Assembly: GCA_951406725.2 (NCBI GenBank) | Contig: OX597823.1 | Span: 81,158,001 to 81,222,000 of the forward strand | Length of the DNA stretch: 64,000 nucleotides | Reading direction: 5' to 3' | Source: Octopus vulgaris | Taxonomy: Eukaryota | Shown here: in pieces, positions 25,996 through 38,019 of the stretch | Position numbering within the stretch: the stretch's first letter is position 1 | Layout of the letters: each line of letters begins with the position of its first letter | Position numbers and translations under genes: made by a program | The notes under the pieces: model-generated | The model's input: only the letters and a program-made list of their open reading frames with translations | Databases searched by the model: none | What the model was told of the DNA's origin: nothing

Positions 25996-27642
25996 TTAAT
26001 CAAGCATATACTGCTATCATTGTCATGTGTCAACATATCATGCCAATGCCACAGTAAAGCATCCAGCACACACTGTAAAGTGGTTGGTATTAGGAAGGGC
26101 ATCCAGCTATAGAAACTAGACTAAATCCGACTGGAACCTTGTGCAGCTCTCTGGCTGCCAGTTTGGATTAAATCATCCAAACTATGCCAGCATGGAAGTT
26201 GGACATTGATGATGATGATGAATAACAGGCTAGCAAATGGTAAAACACTAGACTAATTCTTCTTATTTCCAGTCCTGCTAAAATAGAGCTTCACATCCTT
26301 TCCCCCCTCTCCAAAATAAGTACCTCTAATTTGATTATGATTTTAATGAACTTTACTGAAAGTGAGAAGACAGGCTAAATACATAAAAAATAACAATTTC
26401 ATCTTTTTTCTGCAGAGATTAAAGATAATTTGCTTGAGAATTATATTAATTATGCCTGTATCTGTTAAATAAAATCATGTTCTTTACGTTTCTTTAATTT
26501 TCATCCACAAGGGGCTACACACAGAGGGGACAAACAAGGACAGACAAACGGATTAGTCAATGCGTAACTGGTACTTATTTAATCGACCCTGAAAGGATGA
26601 AAGGCAAAGTCAACCTCGGTGGAATTTGAACTCAGAACGTAGTTTAAAAGAAGAGTGAATATTTATTTTATGAGTGGCAGAGATTTCATTTGCTGCAACT
26701 ACAGATTGATCTGTCTGGACAGTTAAAAAGTAACAAAACTATCTACCCTAGTTCTCTTTTAATTAAAACTTCAAAAGTCAAGCTAAAGTTGACTATAGAT
26801 TGAATTTTAGTTTTGCATTTCCACTGGAAAAAAAAATGATGTACAGGGGTTCATTTGTTTGATTAAACCTTTCAATGCAGGCCCTCACCATAGCTATAGC
26901 TCTATAATTGAAACAAGTAAAAAATAAAAGATTTTAAAAACTGATATTAATTAATGCAAGGTATACACAGAGGAGTAATAGAAGCACTGAGCCCTCACAT
27001 GTGCTGTGTTTAAACACTGCTATCATTGATTTTTACCGTTCAGCTACCCTGGGTTGTTAACATAACAGAGCAGAGATATAGGCTAAATGAAATCAATACC
27101 AGTACAACACTAAATGATCAATATGCAGGAAAAAAAAGGTTTTTGTTGGTCTTTTCTCAGCTTATTTAAATAAGGAAAGGGGGAGGTTTAATATAATACA
27201 AAAAATGAATTTTTTTTTTACAACAAAAACAAACACAGATTTCAATAATTCTACAATTGCTATATTGCATAATTGATTGCATGCAACAAAATTGAAACAA
27301 AAGAAACTTCAAGCTCATCCAGGCTTTCAATTTAGTTCCTTCTTCGCATAAGAGTATACTGTTTTAAATGTCAGATTTTTTTTTTATAATAAACACTGCA
27401 GTGACGGGTCCAGTTAAAACCTATAAATTTGACATCAATAATAAAACAGTTAAAACTGGAGAACTGGCAGAAATTTTACATTCTGGCTCCTTACATTTCA
27501 AGTTCAAATGCTGCCAAATTCAACTTTGCCTTTCACCCTCTGGGGTTGATAAAATAAGGACCAGTGAACTATTAGTCAATGTAATCAACATACCCCTCCT
27601 CTCAAAATTTCTGGTCTTGAGCTAAAATTAAAGATAATAGTA

Positions 27643-28046
27643 TACTCTTTTACTTGTTTCAGTCATTTGAGTGTGGCCATGCTGGAGCACTGCCTTTAGT
27701 CAAGCAAATCAACCCCAGGACTTATTCTTTGTAAGCCTAGTACATATTCTATCGGTCTCTTTTGCCAAACTGCTAAGTTACAGGGATGTAAACACACCAG
27801 CATTGGTTGTCAAGCGATGTTGGGGGACAAACACAGACACACAAACACACACATACAAACATATATATATATATACATATATATGATGGGCTTCTTTCAG
27901 TTTCCGTTTACCAAATCCACTCACAAGGCTTTGGTCGGCCCGAAGCTATAGTAGAAGACACTTGCCTAAGGTGCCACGCAGTGGGACTGAACTCATAACC
28001 ATGTGGTTCGTAACGAAGCTACTTATCACACACCCACTCCTACGCT
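27643..28046 (-). mobile_element. SINE family A, full-length
   Basis: Homologous to 7483-7877; further minus-strand copies at about 30010, 31357, 35907, 60337 and 63670. Confidence 0.85.
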
Positions 28047-28097
28047 TGTTGAAAAATATTAGTGACAAAGGCAGAATTAACACACAGAAAGTTAATA

Positions 28098-28645
28098 CAG
28101 GGTGACCCCTCCGCCACCCCCCCCCCAATCTTTGAATAAAATGATGTAAATGATCAAGATGAACAGTGGTTGCAGCAAGACTAGGCCGCCCCCACACCAT
28201 GTATCAAATGACACCCTAGCCTGGCTGAGAGAGCGATTTCAGGAGAGACTGATCAGCAGGAAGTGCGATGTTGAGTGGGCACTGCATTCACCAGACTTGT
28301 ACTCCCCAGATTTTTATCTGTGGTGGTATCTCTAGGATAATGTTTACCAGAACAATCCTCAAACGATTGGTGAAGTGAAGGCAGGAATCACAGCAGAAAT
28401 CAGGGAAATCCCCAAAGAGGAATGTGTTCGAGTAATTCACAATTTTGCACAACATATGCAAGTGTTTGCGTGACGTATGCCATTTGGAGCATATTTTGAA
28501 AAGAACATAACTTTTATGCAAGGGAATGATGGTACACAGACCAAAGTTCAAGTCCAATAAATTTCTTGAAATTTCAAGCAATTTGCTGGACTTTTGTAGG
28601 AAATAATAAAATTTTTATGGGTTGTTTTTTGGGGGGATCAACCTA
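28098..28645 (+). mobile_element. Internally deleted Tc1/mariner of rosa (DD41D-like) type; transposase pseudogene fragment
   Basis: TA|CAGGGTGACCCC left end with a decayed right end; EQWLQQD..PPH...WALHSPDLYSPDFYLWWYL*DNVYQNNPQT with stops and a frameshift; about 41 residues between the 2nd and 3rd catalytic D. Confidence 0.75.
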
Positions 28646-29181
28646 TATTTGAGAAATTTCAATTAACAAGATGATCAATGAAAAAAATCATTAAATTAGA
28701 CAAAATTCCTTGTGATATTCCTCTGGTTCTTCACATTATGAACAGAGTCCCAACTGTGCTTTTTCATCCTTCCAAGGAGTTGAAATAAAGTAACATGAAG
28801 CTTTGGGGTTGATTTAATTGAATGCCTATCTGTACCAACGTGGGATTGTAGAGCCCAAATCCCTGCCCAACTACAGGACCTGATGTCAGGTGAGATGATA
28901 TATCAGCTGTAGTACACTGCTGCCACAAAATAATTGATCAGTAAACACCTTGTATTACTAACACTATACATACATTTTACTTATATACACTCCATAAAAG
29001 AAGACCCTGTCCCCAACTAAGATTATAACACAAAAGAAAAAGATGTTTTAAACACACACAGAAAAGAGTTTCACATGAATGAGTGTGCATGTGGATGCAT
29101 ATATATATATATATAAATTCAGGATGAATACTTGATAAATGTAAGCACCTGTATATGCCAGCTAGTAGCATAGGTGAGAGG

Positions 29182-29646
29182 ATATATGTATCAAATGAAA
29201 TAAAATGAAAAACAGGACACAAAGGATGTTGCGGTACATATGTTTTGAGCTCTATAGAACAACTTATTCTTCCAATTCCTTCCCTTACAAGAATAAACCC
29301 AACCGGAATCTACCCAGTATTCACCCTATATTGAGTGAGAAAACGGTATGGACGATTTTTTGGAGTCTAAACCTATTTGATTATGAAGATTTACAAACAT
29401 ACTTTCCCAGTGATACTCGGTTTACCTACCATTATAAATAATACCAAATGTTTTTTCTCAGACCTTTCATAATGTGATACAAATTTTTGGTGTAGCAATT
29501 GCATGCAGCTGAAGAGGGCTTTTGAACTATCTGTTATGTCGATTATGCATTGATGTAAGAATAAGTTGTTCTATAAAGCTCGAAACATATGTACCGCGAC
29601 ATCCTTTGTGTCCTGCTTTTCATTTTATTTCATTTGATACATATAT
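29182..29646 (+). mobile_element. Fold-back element with ~90-bp inverted arms carrying a hammerhead motif (Penelope pLTR-derived)
   Basis: 29182-29271 is the reverse complement of 29557-29646 with only a few mismatches. Confidence 0.8.
29503..29598 (+). ncRNA. Type I hammerhead ribozyme motif
   Basis: GCAG-CTGAAGA-GGGCTTT(long loop)AAAGCTC-GAAA-CATATG-TA-CCGC: 7-bp helix II, palindromic CATATG, GUA triplet, helix I with one mismatch. Confidence 0.75.
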
Positions 29647-31820
29647 ATGTATGTATATCATCATTAACATTTAATGTCCATTTCCCATGCTGGCATGGGT
29701 TGGACAATTTTACAGGAGCTGGTAAGGCAGGGAATGCACTTGGCTCTATTGTCTATTTTGATATGTTTTCTACAGCTGGATGCCCTTCCTAGCACCAACA
29801 ACTCTACAGAGTGTACAGGGTGCTTTCTATGTTACACCAGCACTAGTGCATTTTATGTGGCACCAGCACCTACAGGGTCACCAAGCAACATACAACTTGG
29901 AAGTGGGAAATAGTACTGAGGCAAGGGTGGCTTTCATCAATGAATCCCATGTAAGAATGTATCAAATTCACACATAAACCTATCCCATGTATCTCTTTGA
30001 TTTTTTTTATTTGTTGCAGTCATTTGACTGAAACCATGCTGGGGCACTGCCTTGAATTTAAGTTGAACGAATCGATCCCATGGATTATTATTTTTATTGT
30101 AAAGCCTGGCACTTGATTTATCAGTTTCTTTTACTGAACCACTAAGTTACAGGGACATAAACATACCGACACCAGTTTTCAAGTAGTAGCGGGGGACAGA
30201 CAGACACAAAAACACATCATTGTTTAATGTCAGTTTTCCATGTTGGATGGTTTGATATGAAGCTGGCCAGACTCCAATTGTCTATTGTGGCATGTTTTCT
30301 ATGACTGGATGCCCTTTCTAACACCTGGGCTGCTTTCAGTGTCTTTCTATAAAATCCACTCACAAGGGTTTGGTTGGCCAGAGTTATAGTACAAGACATT
30401 TGCTCAAGGTGCCACGCAGTGGGACTGAACCCAGAACCAGGTGGTTGGGAAGCAAACTTCTTATCATACAGCCACACTCCATGACTATGAGAGTCAGATG
30501 AAGCTATGCTAGAAACAGGTTTTCTATGGCAGAATGACCTTTCTAACACCAATCCTCACCAGATGTTTAGACAAAATGTTATAAACCAACATCACTGAAT
30601 GAACAGTGTGACTGCTAATATCCCATGGAAACATGACTGGCCATGAAGAAATATCGCCTTGCTTGGAAACAGGTGAGAGCTGACAACAGGAATGGCATCT
30701 AGTCGTATGAAATTGAATTCAACAAATTCTGTCTGACTCATGCAAGTATGGAAAAGTGGATATTAAAATGGATATATATATATATATATATATAATTATA
30801 TATACACACACATATATATACTTTAAAGTATGCTATATATTTTAAGCATTTAACAATGAAACTGGCCATATCAGGCCCAAATATTCAACCTGTTTGATAT
30901 GTAAGCTAACCAGATCGGGCCTCTCACACCTAGTCTACAATGTCATTCTAAAAATTAATCACATTATCAAAATTTCAAAGCTGCAAGATAATATATGAAT
31001 AAGTATTACATTTGACAGAAAAATTTGAATACTGAACAGTTGAGGGGATCTCTCTTAGACAAAATACTACAGCTGCTGACATTCAACAACACACATGCTT
31101 TATGTAATATTGATAATAATTACACTATTAAGCTACTTATAACAAAAAAAAAAAATTTGTTTTACATGAGATGTGTGTGACACTGATGAATAAAAATGGG
31201 GAAATATCAGTATCTGTTGCTCTCATTCACTTCAGGAGTGACTTTGTTTCAACTAGCTTTGAAGAATGCTCATTTTTTTTTAAGACTATATTTTTAAAGG
31301 TAACTCTCTTAGATGAAATACTGTACTTTTGTGACATTTACTAACACACATTATAGTCTTTTATTCTTTCATTGGTTTCAGTCATTTGACTGCAGCCATG
31401 CCAGAGCACTGCCTTAAAGGGCTTTAATTGAAGAATTCTACTCCAGAGCTTATTCTTTGTAAGCCCAAGTTACAGGTATGTAAACACACTAACATCAGTT
31501 GTCAAGCGATGGTGGGGGGGGGGGGGCAAACACAGACACATATATATATATATATATTTTTATTTATACAATGGGCTTCTTTCAGTTTCCATCAACCAAA
31601 TCCACTCACAAAGCTTTAGTCAGCCCAAGGCTATAGAAGACACTTGCCCGAGGTGCCATGAAGTGGGACTGAACTCAGAGTCATATGGTTATGAAGCAAG
31701 CTTCTTACCATATAGCCACATATGTGTGTGTGTATATATATATGAATGAGAAAAAGAAAATGGAGAAATTGACATATAGACATCAGTTTATTCAAAGATG
31801 TTCAAATCAATATAATATGA

Positions 31821-31940
31821 AATTCTTAACCCTACAGCTGTTTCCATATCCAATTAATTCAATTAGAGAAATTAAATTAAATTAATTTAAAATTTTCTTT
31901 TTGAAACTAGGTTAATTTGGCATTTCATCAGGCGAGAATT
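31821..31940 (-). ncRNA. Type I hammerhead ribozyme motif in left inverted pLTR
   Basis: Minus strand: AATTCTCGC-CTGATGA-AATGCCAAATT...AATTGGATATG-GAAA-CAGCTG-TA-GGGTTAAGAATT. Confidence 0.7.
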
Positions 31941-32559
31941 TTCCAGAAAGGAATTACATTCCAACGTGTTGGTCAAACCCTTAACAGACTCTGATGTGAG
32001 TGTTTTGGTAATGTTTGTATTTTAAAAAAGCTATTATGTGTATATACATAGACATATAAACAAATATGTATGATATAGTTGTGCACGTACGATTGTAATA
32101 CATAATAATAGTTGTTATTGGTGGTGATGGTGTTGAAGTTAGGGTGAACTAGGTATTATATTAATAAGTATGAGAGAAAGAGAGAGCGCGTGAGGGAGAC
32201 AGAGCGGTAACATTCCTCATGTAATTGAGTGTTTATTAAAATATGGAAGCCAACAAAAGAAATATGACGTATCAAAAACTAATTATCATATTGCATCATC
32301 CATATTATCCTAAAAATATGAATATCTGTATATCTAACATGGATGTTTCTCATGTTAGTAAAGATTTTAAACAAACTTTCAAGAATAGGAATAAGGATAG
32401 GGTAAATACGATTAAATATCCAAAATGAGAACCAAGGCATTACTTCATTCTTCTTATTGTCCTCATGTGATTAGGAATATAAATAATAGAATAAAAAAAA
32501 AACAAAAAAACAAACCCCTTATATATCTAATAGGGTTCGAAAATTTGAAAAGTATGATG

Positions 32560-33370
32560 CATCTGCTGATAGGAATGATATTATTTGGTTTATAATTCCA
32601 TTCGCTAAACAAATTAAGAATAATTTGGTTGGGGCCTTATACAAACTTTTTTCTAAACACCTTACAAAGGAAAATAGGTATTATACTATTAACACTAGGA
32701 TTTTTAAAGTTGTCTTTTTTGGTATCACATAACTTGCCCCAGATTATATCTTAAATTAACAAAAAACAAATTATCTAATTTTTATAATAATTATAACTGT
32801 AGAAAATGCAACAATGGTAATGCTCTTAGAACTTGTTAATAAGTAATGTGTATTTGAGTCGGCTCGTGTACAAGGGGAAACAACCCAAATTAAATCCCAT
32901 CTCAACCTCTTGACTACAGGTAACAGGGCAAATAGTAATCATATTGAATGTAATGATATAAAACAGAATATGAGTAGTAATGAAAATATATTTTGTGATT
33001 GCAAGGTTAGAAGCAAATGTTTATTCAAAAATTATTGTGAACAAAAATAATGAAATCTGAAGGTAAGAGCTCCTTTCAAGTAGGAGCAATGCAAAATTTT
33101 ATCAAGAGATGTATATCTTATGATATTTACATCTTTAATAATAGGATCAAGTCCTCTAGTACCAGTCTCAGTAACTATATTTGGAATTTGAAAGACAAGA
33201 AAAAAATGTTTTTCTGTGGAGTGGGAAATTATAAGCAAGGCTACTGCTTATAAAATTAGAAATTCTTTTTGCTTTCTGCCTTGAAGAATTATAGCAAATC
33301 CTATTCTCCAAGCGGCACCTTTGAAATACAAGGATTGAGACTGGTTTTTCATGTTCACACATGTAAATGG
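32560..33370 (+). pseudogene. Penelope-like ORF remnant (linker and endonuclease region), multiple stops and frameshifts
   Basis: The motif blocks listed for the element occur in the expected order. Confidence 0.72.
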
Positions 33371-34114
33371 ACTCGCAAAAACTACCATTAGATATATTAT
33401 TATAAATTAATTATATATCAAAGCTACTAATACTTTGAATTGGTTGGTATTTCATGTTTAGTACACTAACATCTGTAACTGTAAAGAATTAAGAATTCTT
33501 AATAGATATCATATAAACATTAAATTTTATATTAAAATATTAATATTTCATCTTATGAGAAAAGTGACTGATTTTTCATGTATTCACACATGTTTATGGG
33601 TGTTCAAAGAAACTATCATTGGATATCTTATAAATAATTAATTATATGTTAAAACTATTTCAAATTTGAATCTGTTGATACTTCACATCTTATTACACTA
33701 GTATCTGTAAATATAAGCATTAAAGAATATATATAAAAATAATAATTAAATGGTAAAGATGTATACTAAGCTTTCTGCACAGGTAACAGTATCATTGCCG
33801 TTTGCTATAGATATAATTAAACACTTTTCTCATGAATATGTCGATAGTTTAATAATTATATTATAAAATAAGGCAAAAAGAATTGATTTTACAGTTGTGG
33901 CTTTAGTAATATTAGGTTTTTATGTAAAAAAATTTTATCAATTGTATTTTGGTAACATTTAAATTTTCTTTTGTTTACATAGTTGTATTGACCATAACTA
34001 TTGTGCACAAATATAAAGGATACATGATGATAAGCAGTTTTTGATACGCACAATTTTTGTTGGATTCCATATTTTAATAAACACACTATTACATGAGGAA
34101 TGTTACTGCACGCT

Positions 34115-34145
<31 letters not shown>

Positions 34146-34367
34146 GATGTTTATATATATATAAAAAACACCTAGTTCACTCTAACTGCAACACAACCAC
34201 CAGTAACTATTACATATTACAAACCCACATGCACAACTCTATCATACATGTTTGTTTTATATATATTTCTACTTGTTTTTTTTTTTAAATACATACATTA
34301 CCAAAACGCTCACATCTGAGCCTGTCAAGGGCTCAACCAACATGTTAGAATGTAACTCCTTTCTAGG

Positions 34368-34465
34368 AAATTCTCCCCTGATGAAATACCCAATTAACCA
34401 GTTTCAAATCAATTTAATTTTTCTAAGTGAATTGGATATGGAAACAGCTGTAGGGACAAGAATTT
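34368..34465 (+). ncRNA. Type I hammerhead ribozyme motif in right pLTR
   Basis: AAATTCTCCC-CTGATGA(34378-84)-AATACCCAATT...AATTGGATATG-GAAA(34441-44)-CAGCTG-TA-GGGACAAGAATTT; helix I CCC/GGG plus AAATTCT/AGAATTT. Confidence 0.78.
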
Positions 34466-35170
34466 CATATTATATTGACTTGAATATCTATGAATAAACT
34501 GATGCCTATATGTCAGTTTCTCCATTTTATTTTTCTCATTCATAAATATTTTAAATCCACATATCCATCAGTGCAAAACTAACATTGTTTTTCATTGGAC
34601 ACTGGTATAATCTGAAGAACTAGGATGCAAACATCCCTTGAAGGCATATAGGTGCTTAACATGACTTTATATACACATCACACACATATCTTCAGATGCT
34701 GTTCTTGTCTCCAGACAAAGCAATATTTCCCCCTCATAAACACAATGGCCAGATATGAATTCACAGAATATTACAATCAAATGGTGACGTATTTTTGTGA
34801 ATAGAGACCATTTAGTAAGTGTATATCAAGACAAGGGAGCAAAAACACAAACACACAGATGTTTCCACTTACCAACACTCTTCACTCAGAAGGTTTTGTT
34901 GACCTTAAAACTGGACTACAAAACACTTGCACAAGGTGACACATGCAGCAGTTGCAACATAAACCATGCAACCATGTCTGTGCATGCATGCACACATCAT
35001 CATTACCATTTAAATGTCTGTGTTGGTAGGAGTTGGATGGCTTGACAAGATCTGGTGTGTCCAAAGACTGCACAGAGCCCTAATGTCTATCTGGCATAAT
35101 TTTTAGTGGATGCCCTTCCCAATACCAACCACCTTAGTGTCAACATATATTCACATTATATATATATATA

Positions 35171-35345
35171 GGGAGAGTTCACAAAAAAAAACACAAGACG
35201 AAGACAGGTGATGTACAAAACAAACAAATGTATTAGTATAACGCTCAGGAATTGAAAAAGTCTTACATTTCGAGCCTATGCTCTTCTACAGAAAGGGACA
35301 CAGAAAAAAACAAGGTGAGAAAAAAAATGTGTGTAGTGGCTACCA
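35171..35345 (-). mobile_element. Short repeat with variant hammerhead-like motif, probably PLE-derived
   Basis: Minus strand CTTT-CTGTAGAAGAGC(ATAG)GCTC-GAAA-TGTA-AGAC; the same end sequence recurs at about 4146-4186; both abut (TA)n. Confidence 0.5.
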
Positions 35346-38019
35346 ATACATACACACACATATTAGGGGGAACACTGAGGATTCAGTTGCCCAATCAACT
35401 GAATAACTTACTCCTGAATTAGCATGAGATGCTCAGCACTACACAGACACATGTACCCTTAATGTAATTTTTGGGCAGCATCAGGATGACACAGTGCAGT
35501 GTGCACTGAGGCTACACCCTCGAAGTACAGAGACATGCTTCAACAGTTTCCATCTGCCCAGTTTGACTCAAGATAAGGATTAACCAGCATTTATTCACAT
35601 TGTTTTCAGTTACTCATGCATAATCATGTAGCTTCAAGATTTTTGATATGTGATTGTTTGTTTTAGAATGACATTGTAGGATTAGCGAGAGAGCCCTAAT
35701 ATGGTCAGCTTGAACATGACCCAGGCAGAATATTTGGGCCAGATTTGGCTGATTTAAATGCTAAAGGGCTAACCTGAGGCTAGAGAAAAATGATATCTGC
35801 CCAATGTGCCATGCAGTGGAACCAAACCAGAGCTGTGAAATGAATTGGCTATTCTGCTGCACTGCATCCACAGATATAATACATATGGGGAAGAAGGGGC
35901 TTAGATATTCTTTTATTTGTTTCAGACACTGGACTGCAGCCATACTGGGGCACCACTTCGAAGGGCTTAGTCGAACAAATCGACTCCAGTACTTATTCTA
36001 TTTGTCTCTTATTGCTGAACAGCTAAGTTATGGGGACAAGAAAATAACACTGGTTATCAAGCAGTGGTAGGACACATACACATGTGGAAGGCTTCTTTCA
36101 GTTTCTGTTAACTCTACTCACAAGGCTTTGGTTGACTTGGGGCTGTAGTAACAGATATATGCCAAGGTTGCCACACAGTGGGACAACCTGGAACCATGTG
36201 GTTGGGAAGCAAACTTCTAACTACATAGCCACACCTACACATTTTATACATATATATATATATATATAATGTGTGTGTTGGGTGTCATGGAGGCAAAGTG
36301 ACAGAGTTCCTTTTGAGTGTTGGGCCTCACAGAAGCAATGACCGAGACCTTTGGCATTGTCATGCTTAAGACTCATCAAGCCAAGCAAAATTGCAGTCAT
36401 GGCTGAAACCAGTGTCATACAAATGGCATCCATGCCAGTGGCACATAAAAGCATATATTACACTCTCAGTGTGGTTGGCATTAAGAAGAGCATCCAGCCA
36501 TAGAAAACCATGCCAAATCAGACTGGAGTCTGGTAAAGCCTTCCAGCTTACCAGTCCTGGTCAAACCGTCCAACCCATGCCAACATGGACAATGGATGTT
36601 AAATGATGATATATATAACACATAAATATACAAAAGTGTTTATGCTACATGATATACACAAGTTAACACCCCACTTTGCATGAGACAACCTTATCAATGC
36701 TGATGACATGATTAAAATCCACCTTGTACTCTTTGTAAAGTTGTAGGTGATAGCAAGTGCATCAAGACATCGATGCAATAATTAAATAAAATGTGCACTT
36801 TGCAAGCCCTTTCAAACATTGTCTAAGATGGCAGAAACTCTCTGTAAGAACTCGTACAGAGTAGAGCAGTCTCTTTGGACTTCACCTGGGGCAATCTCTC
36901 TAGTGTCATTAACATGATAAAATGAACCCAAGTCGACTGGGTTTTCTTTTGTGTGGACAAAATGACACCTTAAAAACCTGTGAAGCAGAAAACCAATGTA
37001 AACTAACACAGTAATGGAACATTTGGGGGTGGAAGAAGGGGTATTAAAAGATATGACAAAAGGTTAACATTTTAAATTATTTTACAGAAAAAAAAAACAC
37101 AAACAAAATTGAATATATAGACATCAATATATAAGTACCAAGAGATTTTATGAATAGATCTGAAGCTGCTCTCCAACACAGAAACTAGGTTATTTGATAG
37201 GAAATGAGACAACACAACTAGATAGTCACGTGTTATGTAACTGTACACATGTGGTTTGCATGTATGTATATCTGTAAATGACTTATGCATGTTCATGTTT
37301 GTACCAATGTATGTGGGTCTGCGCATACACACACACACAAACACAAATTCTTCGATGGTATGTAAATGAAATACTTCAAACTGGATGGAGATGTATTTTA
37401 CAGAATCGGTAGTGACTTGTAATTTCTTTACTCGCCCTGCCTTCTCAGGTTCGGTGAAGCCCAGTTTCAAATTTTTTTTTGCTGAAGCAGTTAAATAACT
37501 TCTTAATGAACAAGTGTCCTAATAATCACAGATAAATGTAACCTCATAATCTGAATATAGCATCTGCAATTTTCTCCTTAATAAAAGCAAGCATAGATGC
37601 TCACTTTTATTAAGACAATGTTGATATTTGCTGTATAACAGATTTTAACACTAATGTACATTTACTCTTATCTGCTGCAGATCATTATGGTGGTCTGCTG
37701 TGCCTACATTTTTACAAAAGCTTTCATAGGAATATTCCACCAGTAATCTTTCATAATGTCTATGAATATGCCCTCTAGATCTTTGTAGCTTCTTATATTG
37801 TGGTCTTCAGATCCATCCATTTTACAAGGTGCATTGTACATTTTGGTCACTACATACTCCCTGCGAAGTAGACAATGTTGCAACAAGGTTTTTGGACAGC
37901 TGCTTGTGATGTAGGTCACATTTTTGGTGCTAATTCCCACAGTATCTGCAGCAGCTCTTACATCTAAGCATGCAAGATATACAGTGTGTGTATGTGTATG
38001 TATGTACAGAGTTATGTAT

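Larger units (their letters stand above)
31741..34544 (+). mobile_element. Decayed Penelope-like element (Neptune-like Cys-rich linker and GIY-YIG endonuclease C-terminus) flanked by inverted pLTRs
   Basis: Inverted arms 31741-32030 / 34281-34544; internal broken frames DIIWFIIPFAKQIKNNLVGALYKLFSKHL, CDCKVRSKCLFKNYC, SSTSLSNYIWNLKDK and FCLEE..QIL...NTRIE...CSH match PLE linker/endonuclease patterns. Confidence 0.8.

Noticed and set aside
31050-31352. Diverged ~45-bp direct repeat (tctcttaga.aaatact...gacatt...aacacacat) and CTGATGA..GAAA at 31183
   Set aside because: Short and degenerate; the hammerhead-like string lacks helices I and II.
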